This document shows, piece by piece, positions 50,282 to 61,188 of a stretch of 64,000 nt of DNA (the first letter of the stretch is position 1; the number at the start of each line of letters is the position of its first letter). Source of the stretch: Candidatus Poriferisocius sp. (GTDB lineage Bacteria > Actinomycetota > Acidimicrobiia > Acidimicrobiales > Bin134). The stretch is taken from positions 91,259-155,258 of the forward strand of contig OZ244918.1 in NCBI GenBank assembly GCA_965221865.1, written 5' to 3'. Under the pieces are notes generated by a model. The model searched no databases, was not told where the DNA came from, and was given only the letters and a program-made list of their open reading frames with translations. Position numbers and translations under genes: made by a program.

Positions 50282-52681
50282 ATGCAAAGTTTGCGGTATT
50301 TCGGTAACTGGTTTGTAAACAAAGCACCTGCGATAGCAATCTTGGTGATCTTAGCCGTGTTAGCTGGGGCTTGTTTGCCAAACAATTCCAATTCGCCTGC
50401 GATTAGTGGAAACAGCAGCAACAAAAACGACAGCAACGAACCGCTAGAAACGGTGTCGCTAGATGATACTGAGCCGCTTGCAGCGCTGCGTTCTTTTGAT
50501 AACTGTTCTACTTTATTAGATTATTTGCGAACTGAAACCGTAAAACGGGTTGGCCCTTACGGACTCGCTGACGGGCGTTACGAACTAGACGTAGTTGCAG
50601 CAGATTCGGCTGCTAGACGTGATGCACCCGACACCGCTACTGAAGAATCCGCTTCTTCAGACAGTTTTAGAGCTTTTGCACAGGCAGAAAGCGAGGTAAA
50701 CAGTTTTTCTGAGACCAATGTGCAAGTGGCAGGCGTAGATGAACCCGACATTGTTAAAACTGATGGCAAGCGCATCTTGGCTATAGCTAATGGGCGCTTA
50801 CACTATGTGGATCTCACAGCGCCAATGCCTGCGTATCAGGGCAATGTAAAGCTTAAGACGCAAGGCTGGGGTGAAGAGATTCTCATGCATGGAGATAGAG
50901 CATTAGTCTTCACCAACAGCTACCTACGCTCTCCGGTGACGCCAAACCCCGACGTGGCACAAGACGACACATCAACCGCTACCACTGTAGACGAATCCTT
51001 CGCGTTTGAGGGAAATGCTGTAGCTCTCATACAAGAAATAGACCTCTCCACCCCTACAGATATGACCGTGGTTTCTGAGTTGCGCGTAGAGGGGCACTAC
51101 CTAAGTACACGTGCAGTAGATGGCACTGTGTGGGTATCATTATCAAGCAACCCGTTGCAATTTCAATTTGTGTATCCCAGCGGGCCTTCGGCTTTAGATG
51201 TAGCCGAAAGAGTTAACAAAGAGATTGCCGCCAACGCCGAGCTAAACGCTTGGCTGCCCTCCTATCGCTTAACAAACTCACAAGGCACGCAGACAGGTTT
51301 GCTGCCAGACTGCAAACACTTATACACCCCGCCAGACTTTTCAGGCTTTACTGTGCTGTCGGCACTCACCTTGAATATGGAAAAACCGCTCACCCCCAAA
51401 GATACAGCAGCGGTACTTGCTGGCGGTCACACTTTCTATAGCTCAGCACAAGCCATGTATCTAGCAGAAAGTAAATACCAACAACTAGACGAACCTGCTC
51501 CAGCCGAACCTGCAGACGCCAACTCAGATACTAAAGATGTGCCCACCTTTGATATCGGCCAGTGGCGTAGTGAGTGGCTTACAACTGTTCATAAGTTCTC
51601 AATTTCACAATCAGGGCCTGCCCGCTATGAAGCAAGCGGCGAAGTTTATGGTCATCTGCTTAATCAGTTCTCTATGGACGAACACAACGGCTACTTCCGA
51701 ATTGCAACTACCATCGGCGAACCATGGAACACTGAAAACTCCCAAAGCCAAGTGGTAGTGCTGCAACAACAAGGCCGCCGTCTAGCCATTGTTGGCAGTG
51801 TTGGTGGTTTAGGCAAAGGCGAGCGCATCTACTCTGTGCGCTATGCCGGCGATGTTGGTTATGTGGTTACCTTCCGGGAGGTAGATCCTCTCTATGTGAT
51901 CGATTTGTCCAATCCGATGAGCCCTTCGGTAAAAGGCGAACTCAAGATTCCCGGGTTCTCTACGTATCTGCATCCGCTAGGAGATGGTTTGCTTGCCGGT
52001 ATCGGCCAGCAAACCGACAATCGGGGACAAACTCAAGGAACAAAAGTGTCACTGTTTGACGTGAGTAGCCCAGCTGAACCCACCGAATTGGATTTCTTAG
52101 TGTTTGCTGATGCCCACAGCGAAGCCGAGTGGGATCACAGGGCATTTTTGCACTGGCCTAAAGATGAGCTTTTAGTGCTGCCGCTAAATCAACAACCCAA
52201 CTCTCCTGAAATATCTGAACGCGAAAGTTCTGCAACAACACAAAGTTCTTTTAGCCCAACAAGCCGTTCATTTATTGGAGCAGTGTTGCTGCAAGCAAAC
52301 CGCGACGGCATAGCTGAAATTGGGCGTATCACTCACCGCCGTCCGCAAACTAACTTTGCGGGGTGTCGGCCTGCCAAAAAAGCGTCTCTAACAGATTGGC
52401 TCACAGAAGCCAATGAAATCCACATATGCCCTTCGGCACTTAAAGTGACACATCCAGGCTTTCACTGTGACACATGGAATAGCACCTCAGCTGCTAAGCA
52501 ATGGCCTGAACTACGAGTCTCACCTACTGAGAAACTGTACGCATGCTGGCTGCGGACTCCATCTATCCAACGTCTTTTGATAACAAACGATGCTCTGTGG
52601 TCGATGACCCACCAAGCTATTCAAGCAAACGACTTAAAAACGTTGGACTATGAAACCCAATTTTATTTTCGCACTAACTAA
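50282..52681 (+). CDS. Beta-propeller domain lipoprotein (Beta_propel family)
   Basis: Lipobox LAGAC, FSETNVQVAGVDEPDIVKTDG, LLNQFSMDE, VTFREVDPL and GELKIPGFSTYLHP. Confidence 0.9.
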   Translation: MQSLRYFGNWFVNKAPAIAILVILAVLAGACLPNNSNSPAISGNSSNKNDSNEPLETVSLDDTEPLAALRSFDNCSTLLDYLRTETVKRVGPYGLADGRYELDVVAADSAARRDAPDTATEESASSDSFRAFAQAESEVNSFSETNVQVAGVDEPDIVKTDGKRILAIANGRLHYVDLTAPMPAYQGNVKLKTQGWGEEILMHGDRALVFTNSYLRSPVTPNPDVAQDDTSTATTVDESFAFEGNAVALIQEIDLSTPTDMTVVSELRVEGHYLSTRAVDGTVWVSLSSNPLQFQFVYPSGPSALDVAERVNKEIAANAELNAWLPSYRLTNSQGTQTGLLPDCKHLYTPPDFSGFTVLSALTLNMEKPLTPKDTAAVLAGGHTFYSSAQAMYLAESKYQQLDEPAPAEPADANSDTKDVPTFDIGQWRSEWLTTVHKFSISQSGPARYEASGEVYGHLLNQFSMDEHNGYFRIATTIGEPWNTENSQSQVVVLQQQGRRLAIVGSVGGLGKGERIYSVRYAGDVGYVVTFREVDPLYVIDLSNPMSPSVKGELKIPGFSTYLHPLGDGLLAGIGQQTDNRGQTQGTKVSLFDVSSPAEPTELDFLVFADAHSEAEWDHRAFLHWPKDELLVLPLNQQPNSPEISERESSATTQSSFSPTSRSFIGAVLLQANRDGIAEIGRITHRRPQTNFAGCRPAKKASLTDWLTEANEIHICPSALKVTHPGFHCDTWNSTSAAKQWPELRVSPTEKLYACWLRTPSIQRLLITNDALWSMTHQAIQANDLKTLDYETQFYFRTN

Positions 52682-52715
52682 AATATCCGAAATATCGCTT
52701 TAAGCCTGCTGACCC

Positions 52716-54419
52716 TCAACCAAGTCCAACTTGGGACCGGTTAAGAGCGCTTACAATGGCGCGCATAGAGGCAGTGGTAATATCAGTGTGAATGCCGCAT
52801 CCCCACAGCTCACTACCATCTATTAGCAACTCGATATAGGCAACAGCTTCAGCATCGGTACCGCTGCCACGTGAATGTTCATGGTAGGCCGCCACCGCAA
52901 TAGGGGTTTCAATTATCTGATTTAGACCACTCACAAAGGCATCTAGCGAGCCCTTACCTTCACCGTGAACAACTACCTGATCGTTGTTTTTGCTAAGTCG
53001 GGCAGTTACCACAGTACGATCAGCGCCCTTCGCGTTTTGAGCTGACTCGTAACCATTTAACCGATATGGCTCATCTAAATCTAAATAAGCAGTAGCGAAT
53101 TCGCTGTGAATCTGATCAGCACTAATTTCTTCGCCAGTTTCATCAGCAATTTTTTGAATCACTTGACTAAACTCAATCTGCATGCGGCGCGGCAAATCTA
53201 GCTGGCTCTTGCTTTGCAGCAGATACGCAATGCCTCCTTTACCCGATTGACTGTTCACGCGTACCACATCTTGATAGGAACGCCCTAAATCCTTAGGATC
53301 AACAGGGATGTAGGGCACCTCGAAAAGTTCCTGACCTGTGCTTTCCATAGCTGCAAAGCCTTTTTTAATGGCATCTTGATGCGATCCTGAAAACGCTGTG
53401 TACACCAGATCGCCTACATAAGGATGACGCGGATGAACCGGCAGCTGGTTGCACTCTTCAGCTATGCGGCGTAAAGCATTAATGTCTGAGATTTTTAGCT
53501 CTGGGTCTACGCCTTGGCTAAACAAGTTCATGGCTAGGTTCACCACATCCACATTGCCGGTGCGCTCCCCGTTGCCAAACAAGGTGCCCTCAACTCTGTC
53601 GGCGCCAGCCATCAACCCAAACTCTGCTGCAGCTACTGCAGTGCCCCTGTCGTTGTGGGGATGCAAACTCAAAACGATGCGTTCCCGTTGCGCTAGATTG
53701 CGATGCATCCACTCAATCATGTCCCCGTAAATGTTGGCTGTGGACATCTCTACCGTGGCTGGAAGATTGATGATTACCGGCCTTTGGTTGCCTGCAACCA
53801 AAATTTCTACCACCTCATCGCAAACTTGCTTCGCAAACAACAACTCTGTGCCAGTAAAAGACTCAGGAGAGTACTCGTAAAACACCGCGGTGCCCGCTAC
53901 CTGTGCTTCTAACTCACGACATAGCTGCGCGGCTTGTGTGGCAATTTTGGTTATCCCAGTGGTATCCAAATTAAACACCACCCGTCGCTGCACAACAGAG
54001 GTGGAATTGTAAAAGTGAACAATAGCGTCTGTAGCGCCTGCGATGGACTCATAGGTACGCTCTAAGAGGTCGCTGCGACACTGGGTGAGCACTTGTATGC
54101 GCACATCTTCGGGAATGGCTTTTTGCTCGATTATCTCGCGCACAAACCGAAAATCGGCTGCAGAAGCCGACGGAAACCCTACCTCTATCTCTTTAAAACC
54201 AGCCTCAACCAAAGTAGTGAACATCTTCCATTTACGGTCGGGATTCATGGGCTCAATTAGAGCTTGATTGCCGTCACGCAAATCCACCGAACACCATCTA
54301 GGCGCCGATCTCAAAACAGCATCAGGCCAGCTACGATCGGTTAAACCAATAGGCTCAAATGCCCGATACTTGTGTATAGGCATTCCTGAAGGTTGCTGAG
54401 GATGCAAGCTAGCTATCAT
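52716..54419 (-). CDS. leuA: 2-isopropylmalate synthase (actinobacterial/yeast type)
   Basis: WCSVDLRDGNQAL, YSPESF, NLPATVE, HPHNDRG and SGSHQDAIKKG. Confidence 0.96.
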   Translation of the reverse strand: MIASLHPQQPSGMPIHKYRAFEPIGLTDRSWPDAVLRSAPRWCSVDLRDGNQALIEPMNPDRKWKMFTTLVEAGFKEIEVGFPSASAADFRFVREIIEQKAIPEDVRIQVLTQCRSDLLERTYESIAGATDAIVHFYNSTSVVQRRVVFNLDTTGITKIATQAAQLCRELEAQVAGTAVFYEYSPESFTGTELLFAKQVCDEVVEILVAGNQRPVIINLPATVEMSTANIYGDMIEWMHRNLAQRERIVLSLHPHNDRGTAVAAAEFGLMAGADRVEGTLFGNGERTGNVDVVNLAMNLFSQGVDPELKISDINALRRIAEECNQLPVHPRHPYVGDLVYTAFSGSHQDAIKKGFAAMESTGQELFEVPYIPVDPKDLGRSYQDVVRVNSQSGKGGIAYLLQSKSQLDLPRRMQIEFSQVIQKIADETGEEISADQIHSEFATAYLDLDEPYRLNGYESAQNAKGADRTVVTARLSKNNDQVVVHGEGKGSLDAFVSGLNQIIETPIAVAAYHEHSRGSGTDAEAVAYIELLIDGSELWGCGIHTDITTASMRAIVSALNRSQVGLG

Positions 54420-54429
54420 CGCTACAAGG

Positions 54430-56043
54430 TTATTCCTGTGTCCCAGCTAAGCCCATGTAACGAGCTGCTGTGACGCCTGCTAAGGCTTCTAGCTGATCTG
54501 CCACCTGCTTTGGTAAAGGCTGTGCTGTGGCAATAATCATAGAAGCACCTTCGCCGGAAGGTGAGCGACCTACATTCATATCTTTAATGTTAATACCAGC
54601 ATCGCCTAACAAGGTACCCACCAATCCAATCATGCCAGGTCGGTCATCATTAGACAGAAATATCATATGTTCGGCAGGCGGCATATGTAAGGTGTGACCA
54701 TTAGCCGACACCAGCACTGGTTCTTGCTGCAAACCATCTAAGCGCCCTCCAAGGCTGTGTCCTCCACCTCGCACCGTCAACAAATTCACATGATCTTTGG
54801 CGGTGGGGTTGTTGTTGCCGTGTACCTCCATCCCACGTTCTTTAGCCATTTGCAAAGCATTCACATAGCTAACATGAGCATCTGTTATAGCACTCAACAA
54901 ACCCCGCACCACTGACATTACCAGCACAGTGTTATCAAACTTACCTATCTCACCGCTCAAATCTATTTCTAAGCTTTCAGGCAGACGGTCACATAAAGTA
55001 CCAAACAAACGCCCTAGCTGCTCCCCTAACGGCAAAAACGGGCGCAGCGCGTCGGGTACACCCCTAGCAGGCACATTGACAGCAGCAGGCACAAACTCTC
55101 CTGCTAACCCCAAAATCACCTGCTCAGCAATAGCATCGCCTGCTTTGCTTTGAGCTTCGGTGGTGCTAGCCCCTAAATGAGGTGTTACCACCACCGAGTC
55201 CAGATCGAACAAAGGTGATTCTGTGATGGGCTCGTTGTCAAAAACATCTAATGCTGCGCCTGCGATACGCTTAGACGCTATAGCTTCAACCAAATCTGCT
55301 TCATCCACAATGCCCCCTCTAGAAACATTGATGATGCGCAGATTAGGTTTAGCAAGCTGTAATACCTGAGCATTGATAAGCCCAATTGTGTCGGGTGTGC
55401 GTGCCACATGGATGGTGATGAAATCGGATTGGGCTACAAGTTCTTCTACCGACACCAAGGCCATCACACTGCGTAAAGCCACTTCTTCAGAAACATAAGG
55501 GTCGCTAGCAATTACTCGCAGCGCGAAACCTAAGGCACGTTCTGCCACAAGCCTACCAATACGTCCAAGACCAATAATGCCCAAAGTTTTGCCGCTCAAC
55601 TCAATGCCCTGCCAGCGCGAACGCTCCCAACGACCTTGCGTTAGCGCGCCGTGGGCTTGGGGAACATTGCGGGCTTGTGCCAAAAGCAGCGCCATAGTGT
55701 GCTCGGCGGCGGAAATGATATTAGACAGTGTGTCGTTTACCACCAATACGCCGCGTTCAGTAGCTGATGCTACGTCTACATTATCTAAGCCGACCCCAGC
55801 TCTACCCACGATTACCAAGTTTTTTCCAGCTTCAAGCACTTCAGCAGTTACCTGAGTAGCCGAACGCACGATCAAAGCGTGAGCCCCTGACACTGCTTCC
55901 AAGAGTTCCGAAGGCGACATTTCTGTACGCACCTCAACGTTATGACCCGCATGGCGCAGCTTAGCTAAACCGATATCGGCAATTTTTTCTGCTACTAAAA
56001 CCTTACTAGCAGGCAAAGTTGGAGACTCAGGTGGTGTAGACAC
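54430..56043 (-). CDS. serA: D-3-phosphoglycerate dehydrogenase
   Basis: GRAGVGLDNVD, GLGRIG, TPHLGAST and a C-terminal ACT domain (DRPGMIG). Confidence 0.95.
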   Translation of the reverse strand: MSTPPESPTLPASKVLVAEKIADIGLAKLRHAGHNVEVRTEMSPSELLEAVSGAHALIVRSATQVTAEVLEAGKNLVIVGRAGVGLDNVDVASATERGVLVVNDTLSNIISAAEHTMALLLAQARNVPQAHGALTQGRWERSRWQGIELSGKTLGIIGLGRIGRLVAERALGFALRVIASDPYVSEEVALRSVMALVSVEELVAQSDFITIHVARTPDTIGLINAQVLQLAKPNLRIINVSRGGIVDEADLVEAIASKRIAGAALDVFDNEPITESPLFDLDSVVVTPHLGASTTEAQSKAGDAIAEQVILGLAGEFVPAAVNVPARGVPDALRPFLPLGEQLGRLFGTLCDRLPESLEIDLSGEIGKFDNTVLVMSVVRGLLSAITDAHVSYVNALQMAKERGMEVHGNNNPTAKDHVNLLTVRGGGHSLGGRLDGLQQEPVLVSANGHTLHMPPAEHMIFLSNDDRPGMIGLVGTLLGDAGINIKDMNVGRSPSGEGASMIIATAQPLPKQVADQLEALAGVTAARYMGLAGTQE

Positions 56044-56052
56044 TGCCTTTTA

Positions 56053-56120
56053 GATTAGACCATGTTTTGGGTTAGACCATACTCTCGGTTGGACCATATT
56101 GTCGGTTAAACCATGTTGTC
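56053..56120. repeat. Four 17-bp tandem repeats just upstream of serA
   Basis: GATTAGACCATGTTTTG / GGTTAGACCATACTCTC / GGTTGGACCATATTGTC / GGTTAAACCATGTTGTC. Confidence 0.85.
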
Positions 56121-57998
56121 GTTTAGGCTAAACCCTAATATATCAGCAAAAAATGCCAGTTCTGCTTCGAGAGCAGCCACAATGTTTTCTGCTTTACGAA
56201 AGCCATGCTGCTCCCCTGCAAACAGCAGATACGATACAGGTATTGAGCGCTTCTGAAGCGCATCTACGATCATCTCAGCCTGATTAGGTGGCACCACTGG
56301 ATCGTCTGCGCCTTGCAATATGATCATGGGAGCTTCAAAGTCGTCAACGAAATACAACGGTGAACGAGCCTCATACACCTCGCTAGCTTCGGGATATGGC
56401 CCCACCAAACGATCCATATAACGTGCTTCAAACTTGTGCGTATCTACTGCTAATGCAGCTAAATCGGCAATACCGTAACGACTAGCTCCAGCGGCAAATA
56501 CTTTGTGAAATGCCAGCGCACACAACGTTGTGTACCCGCCCGCGCTGGCACCTTTAATAACAAGCCGATCTCCATCGGCTTGTCCGCTACGCACCAGATG
56601 CAACGCAGCGGCCACACAATCATCAACATCGCTAATTCCCCATTGACCCTCCAGCATCTTGCGGTAGACAGTGCCATATCCAGTGCTACCCCGATAGTTG
56701 ACATCGACTACCGCTATACCGCGACTTGTCCAGTACTGGATACCAAGTTGCAGCCCGCTGCGAGCAGCTCCAGTAGGCCCGCCGTGGCTCAGTACTAACA
56801 GTGGTGGTAGCTCGTCTGCGTGTCCCTTTGCTACAGGATTGGTCGGGCGATAGTACAACGCATGAGCCTCTGTGCCATTAGTAGTTGCAAAGCTAATAGC
56901 CTCTGGCACAGATAGGTAGCTAGTAGCAACAGGGGTAGGCGCAGATGCTCGAATCTCTTCATAAGACCCATCAGCCACATCAACGCGCACCACAGTGGGT
57001 GCTTGAGTAGGCGATGCCGCAATAGCGCACACAGTGTGGCTGCCAGCTGCACGCACGCTGCTATACGATGTCCACGGCAGATCTAACATCGCTGGCTCAG
57101 CGCCGTTAGGGGGAACTACCCAAAGCTCTGCTAACGAACCGCGCATAGCTACTGCTACCACTGTGTTGTCATCACAAACAGCGTAACTAGGGTCGTCAAA
57201 TACCCAAGCGGGCCGATGTGTTTCGGCATCCATCTCCAAAACAGGCCACAAGGTGTCATCTGTGACGCGGTAAAGGTTCCACCAGCCTTTATGGTCGCTC
57301 ACCACATATAGGCTGCCATCAGCGCCCCACTGTGGCTCCACCACTGAGCCCTGACCCGAAATGACGCACTTGTTGTCTACCCATAGCTCAGTTTGGTCCC
57401 ATGGCATATTGGGATGGTTCCACTGGATCCAAGCTAGATGTTGCCCATCTGGACTAAGGCGTGGGGAAGCATAAAAATCTGCCCCAGAAGCAAGCACTTC
57501 TAATTCTGACACTTCTAGTTCTGATCCGCTGTCAGCTAGCCGAACAATTTGATTAACCTCTTCGCCGTTTGCATGGTGATCCTCACGCACGCATACCAGC
57601 TGCATTTGCTGAGCCCTACCATCGGCGTACCGCCAAGCGTACTCAAATGCTCCAGACGGCGTTACCGGATATGGCTGTTTATCTGCTGGTAGGTGCCATA
57701 AGCGACCATCTGAGTCGTCGCAGGCATAAACCCCGTCTACCCCATCAGGCCACCAAGCTCCTCCACCGTAGCTATGTACACGTGTACGTATCGACACATC
57801 GCTCCACACGTCCACGCCATCGCACACTAAAGCGTTGCGCCCTGCTTGTTTGGGACGCGATTCTGTCCACCACATGCGGCCCTGTTGCTGCCATACGCTC
57901 AAAGGTGTAGCTGCATTAGCTATCAGCGATACAGCAGTAATCGGAGAAGGCCAGCTGCCATAAGGCATAACCTGTTTGCTCAGATTCGCTCTGCTCAA
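56106..57998 (-). CDS. S9 family (prolyl oligopeptidase-like) peptidase
   Basis: PYGSWPSPI, HGGPT, GASAGG, QGADD and EQHGF; alternative start at ATG 57968. Confidence 0.92.
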   Translation of the reverse strand: MSRANLSKQVMPYGSWPSPITAVSLIANAATPLSVWQQQGRMWWTESRPKQAGRNALVCDGVDVWSDVSIRTRVHSYGGGAWWPDGVDGVYACDDSDGRLWHLPADKQPYPVTPSGAFEYAWRYADGRAQQMQLVCVREDHHANGEEVNQIVRLADSGSELEVSELEVLASGADFYASPRLSPDGQHLAWIQWNHPNMPWDQTELWVDNKCVISGQGSVVEPQWGADGSLYVVSDHKGWWNLYRVTDDTLWPVLEMDAETHRPAWVFDDPSYAVCDDNTVVAVAMRGSLAELWVVPPNGAEPAMLDLPWTSYSSVRAAGSHTVCAIAASPTQAPTVVRVDVADGSYEEIRASAPTPVATSYLSVPEAISFATTNGTEAHALYYRPTNPVAKGHADELPPLLVLSHGGPTGAARSGLQLGIQYWTSRGIAVVDVNYRGSTGYGTVYRKMLEGQWGISDVDDCVAAALHLVRSGQADGDRLVIKGASAGGYTTLCALAFHKVFAAGASRYGIADLAALAVDTHKFEARYMDRLVGPYPEASEVYEARSPLYFVDDFEAPMIILQGADDPVVPPNQAEMIVDALQKRSIPVSYLLFAGEQHGFRKAENIVAALEAELAFFADILGFSLNDNMV

Positions 57999-58033
57999 AT
58001 TGCTCCGTTCACGTCAGTCAGCTGCCCAACAAA

Positions 58034-59215
58034 CTAGCCCAGCAAACTACCAATACGGGCAATGCCTTCTGCTAGGTCTTCGTCACCTAATGCAAAAGAA
58101 AGCCGCGCATAACCAGGGCCTGCAAAAGCCTCCCCAGGCACGATAGCCACTTGTGCCTCATCTAGCAGCCAACCTGCTAAATCAACAGTGTTTTTAGGCA
58201 TTCCATTTTGTCCTAACACACCTTCAAAGGATGGGAACGCATAAAACGCTCCTTGCGGCATCAAGCAGCTCACTCCCTCAATAGCGTTTAGCAACTTATA
58301 CATGGTTTGACCTCTGCGCTCAAATGCTGTTCGCATCTCAAGCACAGCATCTAGTGAGCCGCTAACGGCTGTCAGCGCTGCTCTTTGAGCCACGTTAGAA
58401 ACGTTAGATGTCTGATGAGATTGCAAGCTCACCGCAGCTTTAATCACATCTTCAGGCCCAATCATCCACCCTACTCGCCAGCCGGTCATAGCATAGGTTT
58501 TCGCCACGCCGTTTAACACCACACAACGATCTGCTAGCTCTGGCACCAGCACTGCCATGGAGGTGAACTTGTTGGCGCCGTAGGTGAGATGTTCGTATAT
58601 CTCATCTGTTACAACCCACACATCGTTTTCAGCTGCCCAGCGGCCAATGGCTTCTACTTGTTCTTGCGGATAAACCGCGCCGGTCGGGTTAGATGGCGAC
58701 ACAAACACCAAAACCTTTGTGCGGGCGGTACGGGCAGCTTCTAGTTGCTCCACGCTCACCATAAAGCCATTTGCCGCTGTGGTAGGCACCTCGACTGCTA
58801 TTCCGCCAGCTAATGAGATAGCTTCGGGGTAGGTAGTCCAGTAAGGGGCAGGCAAAAGTACCTCATCACCCGGGTCCAACAGCACAGCAAACCCATTGTA
58901 GACGGCGTGCTTGCCTCCGTTAGTTACTACAACCTGCGATGCTGGCACCTCTAAGCCAGAATCTCGTTTTGTTTTTTGGGCGATTGCTTCGCGCAACTCT
59001 GGCAACCCTGCTGCTGGGGAATAACGGTGATTACGCGGATCGCCTACCGCTGCCCGAGCCGCCTCCAAGATGGGTTCTGGAGTTGCAAAATCTGGTTCCC
59101 CAGCGCCAAAACTGATCACTGGAGCGCCTTGAGCTTTCAATGCTTTGGCTTTGGCATCTACCGCTAGAGTTGCCGAAGGTTTAATTGCGCTAACACGCTT
59201 AGATATACGAGCCAT
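58034..59215 (-). CDS. PLP-dependent aminotransferase class I (aspartate aminotransferase-like)
   Basis: GAGEPDF, SPSNPTG, DEIYE and [12 protein letters not shown]. Start placed at ATG 59215. Confidence 0.93.
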   Translation of the reverse strand: MARISKRVSAIKPSATLAVDAKAKALKAQGAPVISFGAGEPDFATPEPILEAARAAVGDPRNHRYSPAAGLPELREAIAQKTKRDSGLEVPASQVVVTNGGKHAVYNGFAVLLDPGDEVLLPAPYWTTYPEAISLAGGIAVEVPTTAANGFMVSVEQLEAARTARTKVLVFVSPSNPTGAVYPQEQVEAIGRWAAENDVWVVTDEIYEHLTYGANKFTSMAVLVPELADRCVVLNGVAKTYAMTGWRVGWMIGPEDVIKAAVSLQSHQTSNVSNVAQRAALTAVSGSLDAVLEMRTAFERRGQTMYKLLNAIEGVSCLMPQGAFYAFPSFEGVLGQNGMPKNTVDLAGWLLDEAQVAIVPGEAFAGPGYARLSFALGDEDLAEGIARIGSLLG

Positions 59216-59238
59216 GTTTGCAGAGTAATATGTGAAGG
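59216..59238. promoter_or_regulatory. Overlapping divergent -10 boxes (bidirectional leaderless promoter)
   Basis: Plus-strand TAATAT (59226-59231) lies 7 nt before the serC GTG; minus-strand TACTCT (59227-59222) lies 6 nt before the aminotransferase ATG. Confidence 0.6.
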
Positions 59239-60363
59239 GTGAACAACCCCGCGTCAAACTCCAACATAACCATTCCTTGTGACCTTTTACCCGACGATGG
59301 CCGCTTTGGAAGCGGGCCGTCGCGGGTGCGTCCAGAAGCGGTTACAGCGCTAGCTGAGATAGCTACAGATTTTCTGGGAACAAGCCACCGTAAGTCCACT
59401 GTCAAAGATGTGGTGCATCGTCTTAGGGTTGGGGTAGCCGAGTTGCTACGTCTACCTGACGGCTATGAGGTGTTACTTGGTAACGGTGGTAGCACCGGGT
59501 TTTGGGATGCCGCCATATTTAGCTTGATAGAACAACGCAGCGAGCATCTCAGCTTTGGTGCTTTTTCGACTAAGTTTGCCAACGGTGTGGCTGCTGCCCC
59601 GCATTTGCGCGATCCGGTAATCATCACCTCAGAACCCGGTACTCATCCTTTAGCGATAGCCGACCCGTCGGTGGATGCTTATGCTTTGACCCATAACGAA
59701 ACCTCCACTGGGGTATCGATGGAACTGCACCGTCCCAGCGATCATGGTTTGGTGCTGGTAGATGCCACTTCTGCAGCGGGCGGTTTGCTGTTTGAGCCAA
59801 CAGAAACCGATGTCTACTACTTCGCTCCGCAAAAATGTTTGGCAGCAGACGGTGGGCTTTGGCTGGCCTGCTGTTCGCCTGCTGCTATTGAACGGATTGA
59901 GCGCCTTGGTGCTGCTGAACGGTGGATACCGCCGTTTTTAGATTTATCTATTGCGCTTCAAAGCTCTCGCAAAGATGAAACCTATAACACTCCAGCGTTA
60001 GCCACGATTTTTCTAACGGTGCATCAGGTGGAGTGGATTAATGAAAACGGTGGGTTAGTGTGGGCTGCTAACCGCTGCGCTGAGTCCGCCAAGATTATCT
60101 ACTCTTGGGCTGAGAACTGCAGCTTCACCACCCCGTTTGTGTCCGATCTGACTATGCGCAGCAATGTGGTAGCTACCATTGACCTAGACGGTTTTCAAGC
60201 AGATGATATTGCCCAAGCCTTGCGGGCAAATGGGATTGTGGATGTAGAGTCCTACCGTGCGCTGGGCCGCAACCAACTTCGCATAGCGCTGTTTCCTGCT
60301 ACTCCCCCCTCTGACATAGCTGCACTATGCGCCTGCATCGACTACGTGACAGAACACCTGTAG
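59239..60363 (+). CDS. serC: Phosphoserine aminotransferase (actinobacterial type)
   Basis: [36 protein letters not shown] and [10 protein letters not shown]. Confidence 0.94.
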   Translation: MNNPASNSNITIPCDLLPDDGRFGSGPSRVRPEAVTALAEIATDFLGTSHRKSTVKDVVHRLRVGVAELLRLPDGYEVLLGNGGSTGFWDAAIFSLIEQRSEHLSFGAFSTKFANGVAAAPHLRDPVIITSEPGTHPLAIADPSVDAYALTHNETSTGVSMELHRPSDHGLVLVDATSAAGGLLFEPTETDVYYFAPQKCLAADGGLWLACCSPAAIERIERLGAAERWIPPFLDLSIALQSSRKDETYNTPALATIFLTVHQVEWINENGGLVWAANRCAESAKIIYSWAENCSFTTPFVSDLTMRSNVVATIDLDGFQADDIAQALRANGIVDVESYRALGRNQLRIALFPATPPSDIAALCACIDYVTEHL

Positions 60364-60447
60364 CACCCTGCGCGCACGCTGCTAAGGAGCGGGCTAAAAG
60401 CGAGACAAGAAATTTATGTCTGCATCTGATGTGTGTATAGTAGGCGG

Positions 60448-60705
60448 ATGCCAAGAATGCAGGTCTACTTACCAACCGAACTCTACGATCAAGTCAAAAC
60501 CCGAAAGATGCCCGCATCAGAATTGCTGCAAGCCGCTATAAGAGACGAATTAGAACATGCACGTCTACTTGCTGCTACCGACAAGTATCTTGCAGAACTG
60601 TCCGCTGAGATTGGCAACCCTTCATGTGAAGAGATGGTTAGAGCCGAGGCGCTAGCCGACCAAATTTTAAGCGAATCCGATATAGAGCCAAGACTCGCTC
60701 GGTGA
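60448..60705 (+). CDS. Putative antitoxin (RHH, VapB/CcdA-like)
   Basis: MPRMQVYLPTELY..SELLQAAI; ATG lies 6 nt after TATAGT; GTGA overlap with the PIN gene. Confidence 0.8.
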   Translation: MPRMQVYLPTELYDQVKTRKMPASELLQAAIRDELEHARLLAATDKYLAELSAEIGNPSCEEMVRAEALADQILSESDIEPRLAR

Positions 60706-61088
60706 AACAACTCATCTTAGATTCGGGAGGTTTAAGCTATTTGGCTCGCAAGCGTACTGGTTCTTTATCTATAATTAGCGCATTCAAAACTAAAGGTCTC
60801 TGGCCTCCCGTGGTTCCCACAGTGGTGCTTGCCGAGTCGCTTTCTAGGCGTCCGCAAACCGACGCTGTCATTAATCGACTCCTAAAAATCTGCGACATCA
60901 ATGAACAAATAACCAAGCCAGTGGCAGTAAGAGCTGGCCAGCTTCGAGCTTTGGCTCAAAAAGGTTCAGCAGTTGATGCCATTGTAGTTGCTCTAGCAGA
61001 ACCCGGTGGAGCTGTGCTCACCAGCGACTTAGCCGACATGCAAGCCCTTGCCGTCTACGCTGACAATGTCCACATCTACCGCTCATGA
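60702..61088 (+). CDS. PIN-domain toxin (VapC-like)
   Basis: Acidic PIN residues in LILDSG, VVLAES, SAVDAIVV and LTSDLAD. Confidence 0.85.
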   Translation: MKQLILDSGGLSYLARKRTGSLSIISAFKTKGLWPPVVPTVVLAESLSRRPQTDAVINRLLKICDINEQITKPVAVRAGQLRALAQKGSAVDAIVVALAEPGGAVLTSDLADMQALAVYADNVHIYRS

Positions 61089-61188
61089 ATGAGTCTCAAC
61101 TTCAATCTTGTCTGCTTTTCCCGCACCTGCCACAAATCATAAGCCAAAGAGCTTCTTTAAAAACATTATTTAGCTTCAGCGAGGTAAT

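Noticed and set aside
56053-56120. Possible mini-CRISPR array
   Set aside because: The units are contiguous 17-mers with no unique spacers, and there are no cas genes in the window.
60364-60440. att-site duplicate of the tRNA-Leu 3' end
   Set aside because: No match to GTGCCCGGAGAGGGACTCGAAC was seen, so the islet is not called a mobile element.
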